A stretch of DNA of 59,998 nt, filler included, from an uncultured Methanosarcinales archaeon (GTDB taxonomy: Archaea; Nanobdellota; Nanobdellia; Woesearchaeales; CAYSVS01): NCBI GenBank assembly GCA_964589485.1. It is 4 parts of 4 records of this genome, joined end to end, with 100 filler letters (N's around TTAATTAATTAA, not from the genome) between each part and the next. Parts side by side here need not be neighbours in the genome. Positions count along the whole stretch, not along the records: positions 1 to 24,164 come from CAZPRK010000017.1; 3 more parts are not named here. One strand, 5' to 3'. The stretch's first letter is position 1. Every line of letters begins with the position of its first letter. The notes beneath the pieces were generated by a model. That model did no database searches. It was not told the DNA's origin and worked only from the letters and a program-made list of their open reading frames with translations. Positions 1-13,219 of the stretch are shown in pieces. The translations under genes and the position numbers were made by a program.

Positions 1-1543
1 CCATTTCTCCTAATCTTAATCCACCTTCTTTTGCTCTTCCTTCAGTAGGTTGTCTGGTTAATAATTGTATTGGACCACGAGCTCTAGAATGAATTTTATT
101 TGCAACCATATGTTTTAATTTTAAATAATACATGTTCCCTACATAAAGTCTTGCATTATATTGGTTTCCAGTAATTCCGTCATAAACAGTTTCAACTCCA
201 TTTTCTCTAAAACCTAATTCATGTAACTGTTGTCTTAGATCTTCTTCACTATCTGAATCAAATGCACTTCCATCTATGAACTTTCCACCTAATGCACCTA
301 CTTTTCCTCCTATTAGTTCAAGCAAATGACTTACAGTCATTCTTGACGGAACTCCATGAGGCGAAAAAATAAGATCAGGCGTAATTCCAGATGCTGTAAA
401 AGGCATATCATCTTGCGGAACAATTAAAGAAATAACTCCTTTTTGTCCATGTCTAGATGTAAATTTATCTCCTACTTCAGGAATTCTTTGATCTCTTAAT
501 CTAATCTGAACTAATTTATTACCTTCTTCATTTTCACTTAAAAGTATAAAATCAACTACTCCTTCTTCACCATGTTTCATGGAAACACTACTTTCTCTTC
601 TAGTTGCAGTAGTTAAACTATATTCATCTAAACTACTCAAAAATCTAGGAGGACTTGTCTTTCCAATTAAAACATCGTTCTCTTTAACTTTAGCTTCAGG
701 AGAAATCATTCCATCCTCTTCAAGGAACCTATAATCGTGCTCTGTTTTATATCCTTTAACATCTTTATCAGGCATTGCAATTTCATCAACTAGCCCACCA
801 GCATATCTTAATTCTTCAGTTAAAGAAGGTCTATAATATGTACTTCGTGCTAACCCTCTTTCAATACTTCCCTTATTAATAACAATTGCGTCTTCCATGT
901 TATATCCTTCATAACTCATTATTGCTATTACTATATTTTGACCAAAAGGATGTTTTTCATAATCTGATACTTCGTGCATTGCAGTTTGCACCAAAGGTAA
1001 TTGAGGATAATGTAATAAATTAACATCTGTGTCCATTCTTACAGCAAAGTTTGAGGCATAAAACCCAATTGCTTGCTTTTGATTTTTACTTCCTTGAGTA
1101 ACCCTTACTCCATGATTAAAATTTCCAAATGGAACTAAGGATGAACATAATCCTAAAATAGCCATTGGTGTAATTTCAAGATGTGTATGTTCAGTAGTTA
1201 TTTCTTCAGGAATTAATGCCACATAAGAATTTTCTTCTTCCATTGCATCTAAGAATTCAATTACTCCTTGTTTTACTAAATCATTCCAAGATAATTCATC
1301 ATTTTCAATCTGACGAATGTAACCTTCACTTAATAATGTTTGACCGTCTTTAACAACAATTAAAGGTCGTCTTGCTCTTCCTTTAGATGATTGTAATCTA
1401 ATTTCATCTAACTCCTTATCATGTAAAATATTTAAATTTTGATTAATAGAGTTTCTTCTACGTTCTTGCCTTACTTGCTCTACAAACTCTTGAGCATTAT
1501 CAACATTTCCAACAAATTTATGATTTAAATATATGTCTGTCAA
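1..1543 (-). CDS. rpoB1: RNA polymerase subunit B' (Rpo2C), 3' end runs off the window
   Basis: Not in the ORF track. TTG start at 1543 behind a GGTGA SD that overlaps the rpoB'' stop. Translation includes GYNMEDAIVIN, GDKFTSRHGQKG, LKHMVANKIHSRARGP and GGLRLGEM. Confidence 0.95.
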   Translation of the reverse strand, partial: MTDIYLNHKFVGNVDNAQEFVEQVRQERRRNSINQNLNILHDKELDEIRLQSSKGRARRPLIVVKDGQTLLSEGYIRQIENDELSWNDLVKQGVIEFLDAMEEENSYVALIPEEITTEHTHLEITPMAILGLCSSLVPFGNFNHGVRVTQGSKNQKQAIGFYASNFAVRMDTDVNLLHYPQLPLVQTAMHEVSDYEKHPFGQNIVIAIMSYEGYNMEDAIVINKGSIERGLARSTYYRPSLTEELRYAGGLVDEIAMPDKDVKGYKTEHDYRFLEEDGMISPEAKVKENDVLIGKTSPPRFLSSLDEYSLTTATRRESSVSMKHGEEGVVDFILLSENEEGNKLVQIRLRDQRIPEVGDKFTSRHGQKGVISLIVPQDDMPFTASGITPDLIFSPHGVPSRMTVSHLLELIGGKVGALGGKFIDGSAFDSDSEEDLRQQLHELGFRENGVETVYDGITGNQYNARLYVGNMYYLKLKHMVANKIHSRARGPIQLLTRQPTEGRAKEGGLRLGEM

Positions 1544-1549
1544 TCTTAG

Positions 1550-3037
1550 TCACCTTACCGAATTCAACCCTAAATTTTTAAGTACCTTTAAAACTTCATC
1601 ATCCGGGTTTTCTGATGTAATACTACATAACATAGCTAAATTTTTTCTTAGTCCAATATTAGTTCCTTCTGGAGTTTCAGTTGGACACAATCTTCCAAAA
1701 TGAGTAGCGTGTAATTCTCTAGCTTCAAAATTTTCTTGTGTTGTAGATAACGGACTTACAACTCTTTGTAAATGACTCATAGTTTCCAAATAGTTTTGTC
1801 TTTGAATCCTTTGACTAATTCCTTTTCTTCCACCAACCCAATTACCTGTAGCCATACTTGAATATATCCTAGAAGTTAATAATTTCTCTCTAATTATAAC
1901 TTTTATTGAAGGAAACTTTCCTCTCTTTACAATTCTTTGAAAATTATATAATAAATCTCCAATCAAAACTTTCAAATTTACTCTGATTAAGTCAGCTAAT
2001 AAGTCTCCACTTTGTTTTAATCTTTTATTCATATAATGATCTTTATCATCTATCGGAATTTCTTCGTTAGCAGTCCTAATAAATTTATTCAAATATTTAC
2101 ATAAATTTTGACCTTTGTATAATCTATCTTCTGTTTCTATTCCAAGATGTGGTAAGAAATACTTATCAAGAATTTCTTTCATTCTCTCAATTCTAATTTC
2201 TTTTGATTGAGTTATTCCAATTTTCTTTGCAATATAATCTAAAGCTTCTTCTTCTGTTTTAATATCAACAAACTCAAACAAATTAATAAAAACATCATCG
2301 TATTGTTTCTTAGATGAAACTGCTTGCATTATTTCTTCATCTTTTAACATACCCAGAGCTTTAAGTAAAACAACAACTGGCAGCCTTCTTACTCTTGTGA
2401 AAGTAATATAAAAAATACCATCTTTCATTTTTTCCAAAGTATGAGGAATTTTAAATGAACCTCTTTCAGAAAATAATTTACCTATATACTCACTAACACC
2501 AAGAGTTGCTTTCTCCATTAAAAATTTATTAGACGCTAAATCTTCAACATTAATAATAACCTTCTCAGTTCCATTAACAATAAAATATCCACCTAAATCG
2601 TCAGGGTCTTCACCATTCTCAATTAATTCATCCTTAGATGCACCAATTAAATGACAATACTTACTTTTTAACATTACAGGAATATTTCCTATCTGAGTTG
2701 TAAAAGATTCTCTTTGTACTCCATTAATATGTGCAGAAATTTCTATAAAACAAGGAGCAGCATATGTAATATGACGTAATCTTGCTTCTACAGGATATAT
2801 TGGCCTTTTACTACCATCTGCTTCAGTGATTTCAGGTTTAGTAACCCAAATTTTATCAAATCTTATTTTAAATTCATCAATATCATGGGGAATAATAGTA
2901 GGTTCAATTTCTTTGTTTTCTTCAACAATTTGTTGTAACTCTTCATCAATTAAATGATTGAAAGACTCAATAGAACTCTCAACAAAACCTTTTTCCTCAA
3001 AAAATTTTTTAATAACTAATTTTCCTGCCTTAAACAT
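1550..3037 (-). CDS. rpoB2: RNA polymerase subunit B'' (Rpo2N)
   Basis: Motifs GGYFIVNGTEKV, DDKDHYMNKRL and GRLCPTETPEG; lies in the rpoH-rpoB''-rpoB' operon. Confidence 0.96.
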   Translation of the reverse strand: MFKAGKLVIKKFFEEKGFVESSIESFNHLIDEELQQIVEENKEIEPTIIPHDIDEFKIRFDKIWVTKPEITEADGSKRPIYPVEARLRHITYAAPCFIEISAHINGVQRESFTTQIGNIPVMLKSKYCHLIGASKDELIENGEDPDDLGGYFIVNGTEKVIINVEDLASNKFLMEKATLGVSEYIGKLFSERGSFKIPHTLEKMKDGIFYITFTRVRRLPVVVLLKALGMLKDEEIMQAVSSKKQYDDVFINLFEFVDIKTEEEALDYIAKKIGITQSKEIRIERMKEILDKYFLPHLGIETEDRLYKGQNLCKYLNKFIRTANEEIPIDDKDHYMNKRLKQSGDLLADLIRVNLKVLIGDLLYNFQRIVKRGKFPSIKVIIREKLLTSRIYSSMATGNWVGGRKGISQRIQRQNYLETMSHLQRVVSPLSTTQENFEARELHATHFGRLCPTETPEGTNIGLRKNLAMLCSITSENPDDEVLKVLKNLGLNSVR

Positions 3038-3272
3038 TGGTAACCCCTCTGTAATATATACTCACTCCGGCAGTTCTTATTCGCCTAGTAATTTTAACAA
3101 CATCTCCATTGGCTAAACCTAATTTACTAATTCCAGGATCAGTAATATGAATTTTTGGTAGCTCCTTAAAAGAAATACTATTCTCAGAGAATAACTCTTT
3201 TTTTTCTTTCTCAGATAACTTCTGATGTTTTGGTATCAATACATGATCAGGAACTTCTATTTTTTTAGCCAT
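3030..3272 (-). CDS. rpoH: RNA polymerase subunit H (Rpo5)
   Basis: HVLIPKH, LPKI..TDP, GDVVKITR and YYRGV motifs; directly upstream of rpoB''. Confidence 0.95.
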   Translation of the reverse strand: MAKKIEVPDHVLIPKHQKLSEKEKKELFSENSISFKELPKIHITDPGISKLGLANGDVVKITRRIRTAGVSIYYRGVTNV

Positions 3273-3295
3273 TTATTTTCCCCCTTGATTAAAAA

Positions 3296-3406
3296 TAGGT
3301 CGTACGGGACTTTCTGCGTAAGCTTTCGAACCCGCGACCACTCGATTAAAAGTCGAGTGCTCTATTGCCCCATGACAAAAATATGTCCAGGCTGAGCTAA
3401 CGACCT
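3296..3406 (-). tRNA. tRNA-Lys(UUU) with two non-canonical introns (D-loop 3365-3386; T-loop 3310-3324)
   Basis: Acceptor stem AGGTCGT/ACGACCT and anticodon arm CTCGA-CTTTTAA-TCGAG. Removing the 22-nt and 15-nt inserts at BHB-like sites restores AGCCTGGTAGAGC and TTCGAAT. Confidence 0.9.
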
Positions 3407-3411
3407 ATAAG

Positions 3412-3484
3412 CGCCCTGGCCGGGAGTCGAACCCGAGTCGGAGCCTCGACAGGGCTCCATGATAGGCCACTACACTACCAGGGC
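3412..3484 (-). tRNA. tRNA-Asp(GUC)
   Basis: Acceptor stem GCCCTGG/CCAGGGC, anticodon arm GAGCC-CTGTCGA-GGCTC, T-loop TTCGACT. Confidence 0.95.
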
Positions 3485-3830
3485 AAAAGAGCATTCTGCT
3501 ATCTATAACCTAATTTAAACTCTAAAAATAAGCCCGATTAGACTATAGAAAAGTTTTATGCCCATTTTTCCATGGAATTTACTTCTCTTTATAAATGTAA
3601 TGGTTTTGTATTAAAATAAATGAAGAAATTATAATATAACGGCTTCAATATAGAAAATAAAACAAAAATATATAGACGAAGTACGTAATTAAACTACTAA
3701 AACGCATTCTAAAACATAAAAAATTTTATATATTAGTTATTATCTTTGAATAATAAAAATCCAGACTAAGGATTTTTAAACTTTGTTCATTAAATTCACA
3801 AAGTAATAAAAATTATGAGGTATTAATAAA

Positions 3831-6277
<2,447 letters not shown>

Positions 6278-8731
6278 CTAAAAAACAACTCTACTTATAT
6301 GATTAACCTTATTAATTCGAATAACTTCCTCTACAAAAGATTCAATTTTGTTCTCATGACTTACAATAATAACTTGAGTTATTCCAATATCTTCCAATAC
6401 ATTTCTAATTTTATCTAGTTGCTCATTTGAAAAGCCATCAGTAGGTTCATCAAGTATTATCAAGTTTTTTGTTTTTATACTGCTATTAATTTCATTAATT
6501 ACCTTATTTAAGGCAAGCCTATAAGCTAATGCACAAGATGTTTTTTCACCTCCTGATAAATTTTCAAAAGATGTCTCGTAACCATTTTGTTCTACAATTA
6601 CAGAAAAATCTTCAGCCAAAGAAACAGCCATATTTTCTTCTTCCATAAGCAAATTAAACCATTTTTGAAAATAAGCGTTAAATTCATAATAAGCTTTTAA
6701 CAATATTTGTTTCTCAATAGCTGACATTAATTCACAAAAATATTTATCAACCCAGTTTTGTAATTGCATAAAATAATATAACTGATTCTTTTTAAATTCT
6801 TTTTCAAAAATTTCTCGCGTTAACATTATTAAGTTATCATCAATACTATCAAATTTACTATTATAAACAGTTATTTTAGTTTCCAATTGATTACTTTTAG
6901 TTTGTAAATCTTTTATTTTAGTTAATAAAACATCATGATTCTTTTCAACCTCAGAAAGAGAAAGTATTTTACTATTTAACTCCAATTCTTTATCTCCCAA
7001 TAGTTTTAATTTTTCTATAAAATTATTATTTTCAGTTTCTATTTCATTTAATCGTTTATCTTTATATGAAATTAATTCTTCTATATTTTTTTGCTCAGAT
7101 AATACAAATTCGTTATTTTGAATTTTTTTAAATAATTCCTTATGAACTAAAATATTTTTTCTTAAAGAATCTATATCCTTTATATCAGATAATTCTTTTG
7201 AAATTTTTTCTTTTGATTTATTCAATTCATCTAAAATGTTCTTTTTTTCTTGTATATTTTTTAAAGAATCATCATAATGTATTTTTTTAAGTTTTAAAAC
7301 TTCTAATTTTTTTTCTTTTAAGTTTAAATCTTCCATTTTATTTTTCAAATAAACTATTTTTTGATTTATCTCAATTTCATCTTGTTTTATTTTATTTAAA
7401 GTAAATTGAGCAACCTTAATTTTTTCTGATTCTTTTTCTAGAATTATATTTTTATATTCATTACTCACAATTTGTAAACAAGTTGGACAATTACTTAATT
7501 CAGATATTTTTGATATTTCAGTTGAATTTTTTATATCATAAGAATGTTTATGTCTAGATTCAGTTAATTTACCAATACTATCTAAATGCTCATCTAAATA
7601 TTTTGATAATTGTTCTTTACTTAGTAATTCTTTATTTAGACTAATTATTTCTTCAGAAAAAGTATCTTTTAATTCAGTATTAACATCTTTAGAAATTAAT
7701 TGTATTTTTTCTTCACAAGTTTTTAACTTAACTCGTAATTCTGCATTTAATTTATTAGTTTCTAAAAAAAGGGCTTCATCCCTTTCTATTCTTTCTTCAA
7801 CTTCAGTTTTTTCAATTTTTGGAATATCAAGCAAAATAAGATTTTTTTTTCTATCTGATAAATTATTTAATTGTTTAACAACAATATTTTTTTCATCTAA
7901 AAGCTTTTTATTTCCTTCTTTTAAATAAAGTATATTTTCATCAATTAATTTTTTGTCAGTTTTTAAATTAATTAATATTTTTAAATCAGTCTCAACTTGT
8001 TTTAAAGATAAATTTTCAAGTTCAATTTTTTTTCTTAAATCAAATAACTCTTGTTTATAAATTTTAGATTCTTCTTCTAATTTATTTCTTTCAGTTTGAA
8101 GTACATTTTTTTGTTCCTTTTTCTCATTTAAATCAGAAATAAATCCAGAAATAACATTACATTCCTGCTTAAGTTTAGCCAATAACAAATTAGAATTTTC
8201 AATAATAAGTTTATATTTATCCACATCAAAAACTTTTCTTAGAGTATTTAACCTATATATTGAATCTTCAGTAAGAATATTTTTCATCTCTTCTTGCGGA
8301 GTATAAACAGTATAACGATAAATTATATCTTTAGATTTAGTTAACAAATCTTTAGGGTAATTTAAAAGGTCTATAATTTTAGCTTTTAATTCAACCGGAG
8401 TTAAATCACTTTTAACTCCATCTATTATTATATACCCTTCTATCTGTTTTACTTCTGATTTCTGACGTTTTAAAGTTCGCTTTATTAATATCTCTTTCTC
8501 TTCTATAATTAATTTCAAAGTAACACTTGCTGTATTCTCGCCATGTCTTAATAAAGTATTACCTGAAAGAGATTTTCTACGAATACCAAAAAGTGCAAAT
8601 TCTATTGCCTGAAGAATTGAACTTTTTCCGCTTCCAATATCTCCACTTAACATAACAGACGAGTTAGGAAAGTTTATTGTTTCATTTTTATAACTTCTAA
8701 TATTATCTAAAACTAATTGTTGAATTTGCAT
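6278..8731 (-). CDS. rad50: Rad50/SbcC-like SMC ATPase
   Basis: Walker A GDIGSGKSS, long coiled coil with central CPTC zinc hook, LSGGE signature, ILDEPT Walker B, VSHE. Confidence 0.88.
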   Translation of the reverse strand: MQIQQLVLDNIRSYKNETINFPNSSVMLSGDIGSGKSSILQAIEFALFGIRRKSLSGNTLLRHGENTASVTLKLIIEEKEILIKRTLKRQKSEVKQIEGYIIIDGVKSDLTPVELKAKIIDLLNYPKDLLTKSKDIIYRYTVYTPQEEMKNILTEDSIYRLNTLRKVFDVDKYKLIIENSNLLLAKLKQECNVISGFISDLNEKKEQKNVLQTERNKLEEESKIYKQELFDLRKKIELENLSLKQVETDLKILINLKTDKKLIDENILYLKEGNKKLLDEKNIVVKQLNNLSDRKKNLILLDIPKIEKTEVEERIERDEALFLETNKLNAELRVKLKTCEEKIQLISKDVNTELKDTFSEEIISLNKELLSKEQLSKYLDEHLDSIGKLTESRHKHSYDIKNSTEISKISELSNCPTCLQIVSNEYKNIILEKESEKIKVAQFTLNKIKQDEIEINQKIVYLKNKMEDLNLKEKKLEVLKLKKIHYDDSLKNIQEKKNILDELNKSKEKISKELSDIKDIDSLRKNILVHKELFKKIQNNEFVLSEQKNIEELISYKDKRLNEIETENNNFIEKLKLLGDKELELNSKILSLSEVEKNHDVLLTKIKDLQTKSNQLETKITVYNSKFDSIDDNLIMLTREIFEKEFKKNQLYYFMQLQNWVDKYFCELMSAIEKQILLKAYYEFNAYFQKWFNLLMEEENMAVSLAEDFSVIVEQNGYETSFENLSGGEKTSCALAYRLALNKVINEINSSIKTKNLIILDEPTDGFSNEQLDKIRNVLEDIGITQVIIVSHENKIESFVEEVIRINKVNHISRVVF

Positions 8732-8779
8732 AAAATTTGGAAAGTATTACATTTTAAAAATATTAGTATAGTAGAAAAT

Positions 8780-9655
8780 TTATTTCTTTTTAGACATAGC
8801 ATATATTGCAGCACCTAAAGCTGCACTGTCTGTAACTTTACTTTTAGTAATTTTTAAATTCCTAGCAGTAACTGTTGAAACATGTTTTTTAATAGTTTGA
8901 TTTAAAGTTGATTTAAAATATTGAAAACTTTTACTTACACTTCCTCCTAAAACAATTAAATCAGGATCAAAAGTATTTGCTAATACGGATAAAGCAATTC
9001 CAAGATTATTACCATATTCTTTAAATACATTTTTTGCAAAACCTTTATTTTTTTTAGCCATTTCAGCTAATTTTACAGGAGACATTGTTAAACCTTGATA
9101 AGTTGATAATCTTTTTAAAGCAGGTCCTGCTCCAAACTCTTCTAAAGTAATACCTTTAAAAGGAATTATTCCTATTTCTCCTGCTGAACAAGTACTTCCA
9201 GTATATAATTCTCCATCAATAGTGATTCCTGCACCTAACCTATTTCCAACTAAAACTCCAATTACAGCTTTCTTTTTCTTTCCTTCACCCAACTTTGTTT
9301 CCGATAATACAAAACAATTTGCATCATTGTTAACGAAAGTTTTTACTTTAAATACAGTTTCAAGAAAAAGTTTTAAATTCATATTTTCAAATTCAGGTAA
9401 AGTTCTAGTAAATTTAACTATTCCCTTTTCTAAATCAACAGGAGCAGGAAAACCAACACCAATAGAAACAACATCTTTGTGCCATACTTCTTTAATAGCA
9501 TTGATTAAATTTTCTTTTACAGTTTTTAATCCTTTATTAATTTCAGTTAGAAATACAATTTTATTTTTTATATCGAAATTACTGTTTACTAACACTGCTT
9601 TTATTTTTGTTGCTCCAATATCAACACCAACATAGTACTTAGGCATATTTATCAT
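8780..9655 (-). CDS. ROK family sugar kinase (glucokinase-like)
   Basis: GVDIGATKI, NDANCFVLSE, AGEIG and DPDLIVLGGSV motifs. Confidence 0.9.
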   Translation of the reverse strand: MINMPKYYVGVDIGATKIKAVLVNSNFDIKNKIVFLTEINKGLKTVKENLINAIKEVWHKDVVSIGVGFPAPVDLEKGIVKFTRTLPEFENMNLKLFLETVFKVKTFVNNDANCFVLSETKLGEGKKKKAVIGVLVGNRLGAGITIDGELYTGSTCSAGEIGIIPFKGITLEEFGAGPALKRLSTYQGLTMSPVKLAEMAKKNKGFAKNVFKEYGNNLGIALSVLANTFDPDLIVLGGSVSKSFQYFKSTLNQTIKKHVSTVTARNLKITKSKVTDSAALGAAIYAMSKKK

Positions 9656-9727
9656 TGCATGATAACTACTATAAAAGATTTTTGTTGTTCTAGTTAATAG
9701 ATTTAAGAGGAGATTTGATAGAAAAAG

Positions 9728-12166
9728 TTATCTTAATTTCTTTTCTTCTTCCAAAATCTTCAATGTAGTTTTTAAAACAGTATCTGCGTTCAATGAAATA
9801 CTATCAATACCTTGACTTACTAAAAATTGAGCAAAATCTGGAAAATCACTTGGACCTTGGCCACAAATTCCAATTTTTCTTTTATTTTTCTTAGCTTTTG
9901 CAATAACTAAAGCTATCATTTTCTTAACTGCTAAATTTCTTTCATCATAAACGTGAGCAACTAATTCACTATCTCTATCAACACCTAATGTTAACTGAGT
10001 TAAATCATTACTTCCAATTGAAAATCCATCAAAAATTTTACTAAATTCATCAGCTAAAATAACATTACTTGGTACTTCTGCCATCACATATAATTGTAAT
10101 TTATTCTTTCCACGAACTAAACCATATTTTGCCATTTCTTTTTGAACTAATATACCTTCAGTTATAGTTCGACAAAAAGGTATCATTAACTTAACATTTG
10201 TTAAACCCATTTCATTTCTAACTTTTTTCATAGCTTTACATTCTAAACCAAAAGCTTCCTTGTAATTTTCGCTATAATATCTAGATGCACCTCTCCAACC
10301 AATCATAGGATTATCTTCAATTGGTTCAAATTCTTTTCCACCAATTAGATTAGCATATTCATTTGACTTGAAATCAGACATCCTTACAATTACATCCTTA
10401 GGATAAAATGCAGCAGCAATTTTAGCAATACCTTGCGCTAACTTATCAATAAAAAATTGTTTTTTATCATCATAACCAAAAGTTAATTCTCGTATTTGTT
10501 TTTTAACTCTTTCATCTTTTAAAGAATTAAAATAAATTAAAGCCTTAGGATGAATTTTAATATATTCATTTATTACAAATTCCATTCTAGCTAACCCTAC
10601 ACCATCATTCGGAATAAAACTAGATTCAAAAGCAGATTCTGGGTTTGCTAAATTCATCATCACTTTAGTTTTTGGTTTTTTTAAGTTTTTTATATTATGT
10701 TTATTTATTTGAAATTTTAATTTGCCTTCATAAACAAAACCATCTTCACCTTCAGCACAAGAAACTGTAACTTCTTGATTATTTTTTACCGACTCTGTTC
10801 CATTTTCAGTTCCAACAACACAAGGAATTCCTAATTCTCTACTTATAATCGATGCATGACACGTTCTTCCACCCCTATTAGTTACAATAGCAGATGCAAT
10901 TTTCATTATAGGTTCCCAATCGGGATCAGTCATATCTGTTACTAGAACTTGTCCTTTCTTAAATTTATGAATATTGGCAGCTTCAGTAATAATATTAACT
11001 TTTCCACTTCCTATCTTAGCACCAACACTTTTTCCTGTTATTAAAATTTTTCCTTTATTTTTTAAAACAAAATCTTCAATTACATTATTATCTCTTTGAC
11101 TCATTACAGTTTCAGGTCTTGCTTGGACAATGTATAATTTATTTGTAATTCCATCCTTAGCCCATTCCATATCCATTGGAGTATATTTATTTCTTTTTTT
11201 TGTATAATGTTCTTCTATAATTACTGCCCATTTTGCTAAAATTAAAACTTCTTTATCCGAAATGACACATTTTCTTTGATCTTTTTTTAATACAGGAACA
11301 TTCTTTACAGGTTTATTTCCTTGGTTATCATAAACCATTTTAATACCTTTCCTGCCAATAGTTTTTTCAATTATAGAATTAAAACCTTGCTTTAATGTAG
11401 GCTTGTGAACATAAAATTCGTCAGGGTTTACTGCTCCTTGAACTACATTTTCACCTAACCCATAAGCTCCAGTTATAAAAACAGCATCTTTAAAACCGCT
11501 TTCTGTGTCAATACTAAACATTACTCCAGCTGAAGCTTTATCACTTCTAACCATTTTTTGTACTCCAATAGATAATGCAATCGAAAAATGATCAAAATTT
11601 TTATCAACCCTATAACTAATCGCTCTATTTGTAAATAAAGAAGCAAAGCATTTTTTACAAGAATCAAGTAATTGATAATCTCCTTTAATGTTAAGATAAG
11701 TTTCCTGTTGTCCTGCAAAACTTGCATCTGGCAAATCTTCAGCAGTTGCACTACTTCTTACAGCAACGTCAGTATTAGTCCCATAAAGTTTACACATTTC
11801 TTTATATGCTTTTGATATTTCATTTTTTAATTCTAAAGGAAATTCAGCATTTAAAATTTCTTGTCTTACTTTATGCCCTCTTTCTTGTAAATTTCTTATA
11901 TTAGAAGTGTCTAAGTCACTTAAAATTAATTTGATATTATTTTTTATACCTGTTTGTTCAAGAAAATCTCTATATGAAAAAGCAGTTACTGCAAAACCAT
12001 TTGGAATAGCAACACCTTTCTTGGTTAACTCTCTATACATTTCACCTAAACTTGCATTTTTCCCGCCAACAAAAGGAACATCTTCAATACCAAGTTCTTT
12101 AAACCAAAGAATTCTTTTTTTGGCCTTTGGATTAGATTTAGAATATGATTTAGCATAAGCTTTCAT
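9728..12166 (-). CDS. ppsA: phosphoenolpyruvate synthase
   Basis: VGGKNASLGEM, AVRSSATAEDLPDASFAGQQET, GGRTCHA phospho-His and FSIGSNDLTQ; GAGGTG SD. Confidence 0.97.
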   Translation of the reverse strand: MKAYAKSYSKSNPKAKKRILWFKELGIEDVPFVGGKNASLGEMYRELTKKGVAIPNGFAVTAFSYRDFLEQTGIKNNIKLILSDLDTSNIRNLQERGHKVRQEILNAEFPLELKNEISKAYKEMCKLYGTNTDVAVRSSATAEDLPDASFAGQQETYLNIKGDYQLLDSCKKCFASLFTNRAISYRVDKNFDHFSIALSIGVQKMVRSDKASAGVMFSIDTESGFKDAVFITGAYGLGENVVQGAVNPDEFYVHKPTLKQGFNSIIEKTIGRKGIKMVYDNQGNKPVKNVPVLKKDQRKCVISDKEVLILAKWAVIIEEHYTKKRNKYTPMDMEWAKDGITNKLYIVQARPETVMSQRDNNVIEDFVLKNKGKILITGKSVGAKIGSGKVNIITEAANIHKFKKGQVLVTDMTDPDWEPIMKIASAIVTNRGGRTCHASIISRELGIPCVVGTENGTESVKNNQEVTVSCAEGEDGFVYEGKLKFQINKHNIKNLKKPKTKVMMNLANPESAFESSFIPNDGVGLARMEFVINEYIKIHPKALIYFNSLKDERVKKQIRELTFGYDDKKQFFIDKLAQGIAKIAAAFYPKDVIVRMSDFKSNEYANLIGGKEFEPIEDNPMIGWRGASRYYSENYKEAFGLECKAMKKVRNEMGLTNVKLMIPFCRTITEGILVQKEMAKYGLVRGKNKLQLYVMAEVPSNVILADEFSKIFDGFSIGSNDLTQLTLGVDRDSELVAHVYDERNLAVKKMIALVIAKAKKNKRKIGICGQGPSDFPDFAQFLVSQGIDSISLNADTVLKTTLKILEEEKKLR

Positions 12167-12217
12167 AATACACCTCTTTTTAAGAAATAAAGAATTGATA
12201 TTATTTAAAGGTTAGGA

Positions 12218-13147
12218 TTAATTACTTTTTTTTTTAACCTTCTTAATATCTTTATCTAAATTAAGTTTTTCTAATAATTCCTTATACCTATTCCTTATAG
12301 TAACTTCGGTTACCCCTGCTACATCAGCAACTTCTCTTTGAGTTCTTTTTTCTCCATGGATTAACGCCGCTACATATAATGCAGCTGCTGCAATTCCAGT
12401 TGGTCCCCTTCCAGAAGTTAATTCTGCTTTTTGAGATTTTTCTAATATTTCAACAGATTTACTTTGAGTTTCTGGGCTTAATTTCAATGCTGAACTAAAT
12501 CTTGCAATATAGTCAGCAGGATTACTTGGTAAGATAGTAATTTGTAATTCTCTTGTTACAAACCTGTAAGTTCTTCCAATTTCTTTTTTTTCAATTCCAG
12601 AAGCTTCAGATAATTCATCTAAAGTTCTAGGAACATCATGTCTTCTACATGCAGCATATAATGCTCCCGCAACTACACTTTCCATACTTCTTCCACGAAC
12701 TAATCCTCGTTGAACAGCTAAAGTGTATATTCTAGCTGCTTCTTCTTCGACTGATTTTGGTAATTTTAAATATGAACTAACTCTTTTTAATTCAGCTAAA
12801 GCTAACTTTAAGTTCCTTTCAATAGCTGTAGATATTCTATATTGCCACTTTCTTAATCTAAAAAATCTATTTCTATCCTTGCCACCTAATTTATATAAAT
12901 CTGACTTTTCACCAACCTCTGTACCTAATCCTTGATCATACTGAGTATATGTCATAGGTGCACCAGTTCTTCTTTTTTTTGCATCAGAATCAGAATTAAA
13001 GTCACGCCATTCTTGGCCAAAATCGATCATTTTATCTTCTACTACAAGACTACAATCTTTACAAATAACTTCTCCTTTTTCTCTATTTACGAATAAGTTA
13101 ATCCCATTACATTCAGGACACTTCTTAATCATTGTCATAATAAACAC
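12218..13147 (-). CDS. tfb: transcription initiation factor IIB
   Basis: CPEC..CKDC zinc ribbon, EWRDF, two cyclin repeats, VTIRNRYKEL. Confidence 0.97.
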   Translation of the reverse strand: MFIMTMIKKCPECNGINLFVNREKGEVICKDCSLVVEDKMIDFGQEWRDFNSDSDAKKRRTGAPMTYTQYDQGLGTEVGEKSDLYKLGGKDRNRFFRLRKWQYRISTAIERNLKLALAELKRVSSYLKLPKSVEEEAARIYTLAVQRGLVRGRSMESVVAGALYAACRRHDVPRTLDELSEASGIEKKEIGRTYRFVTRELQITILPSNPADYIARFSSALKLSPETQSKSVEILEKSQKAELTSGRGPTGIAAAALYVAALIHGEKRTQREVADVAGVTEVTIRNRYKELLEKLNLDKDIKKVKKKSN

Positions 13148-13219
13148 CTCGCGTGCGTAGCTAGAACTAACTACCCACCCCCTACTCTTAAATACTAGTT
13201 TTACTCATCTTATTTAAAA

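Noticed and set aside
1..3037. Split rpoB as an anomaly
   Set aside because: The B''/B' split is established in many archaeal lineages.
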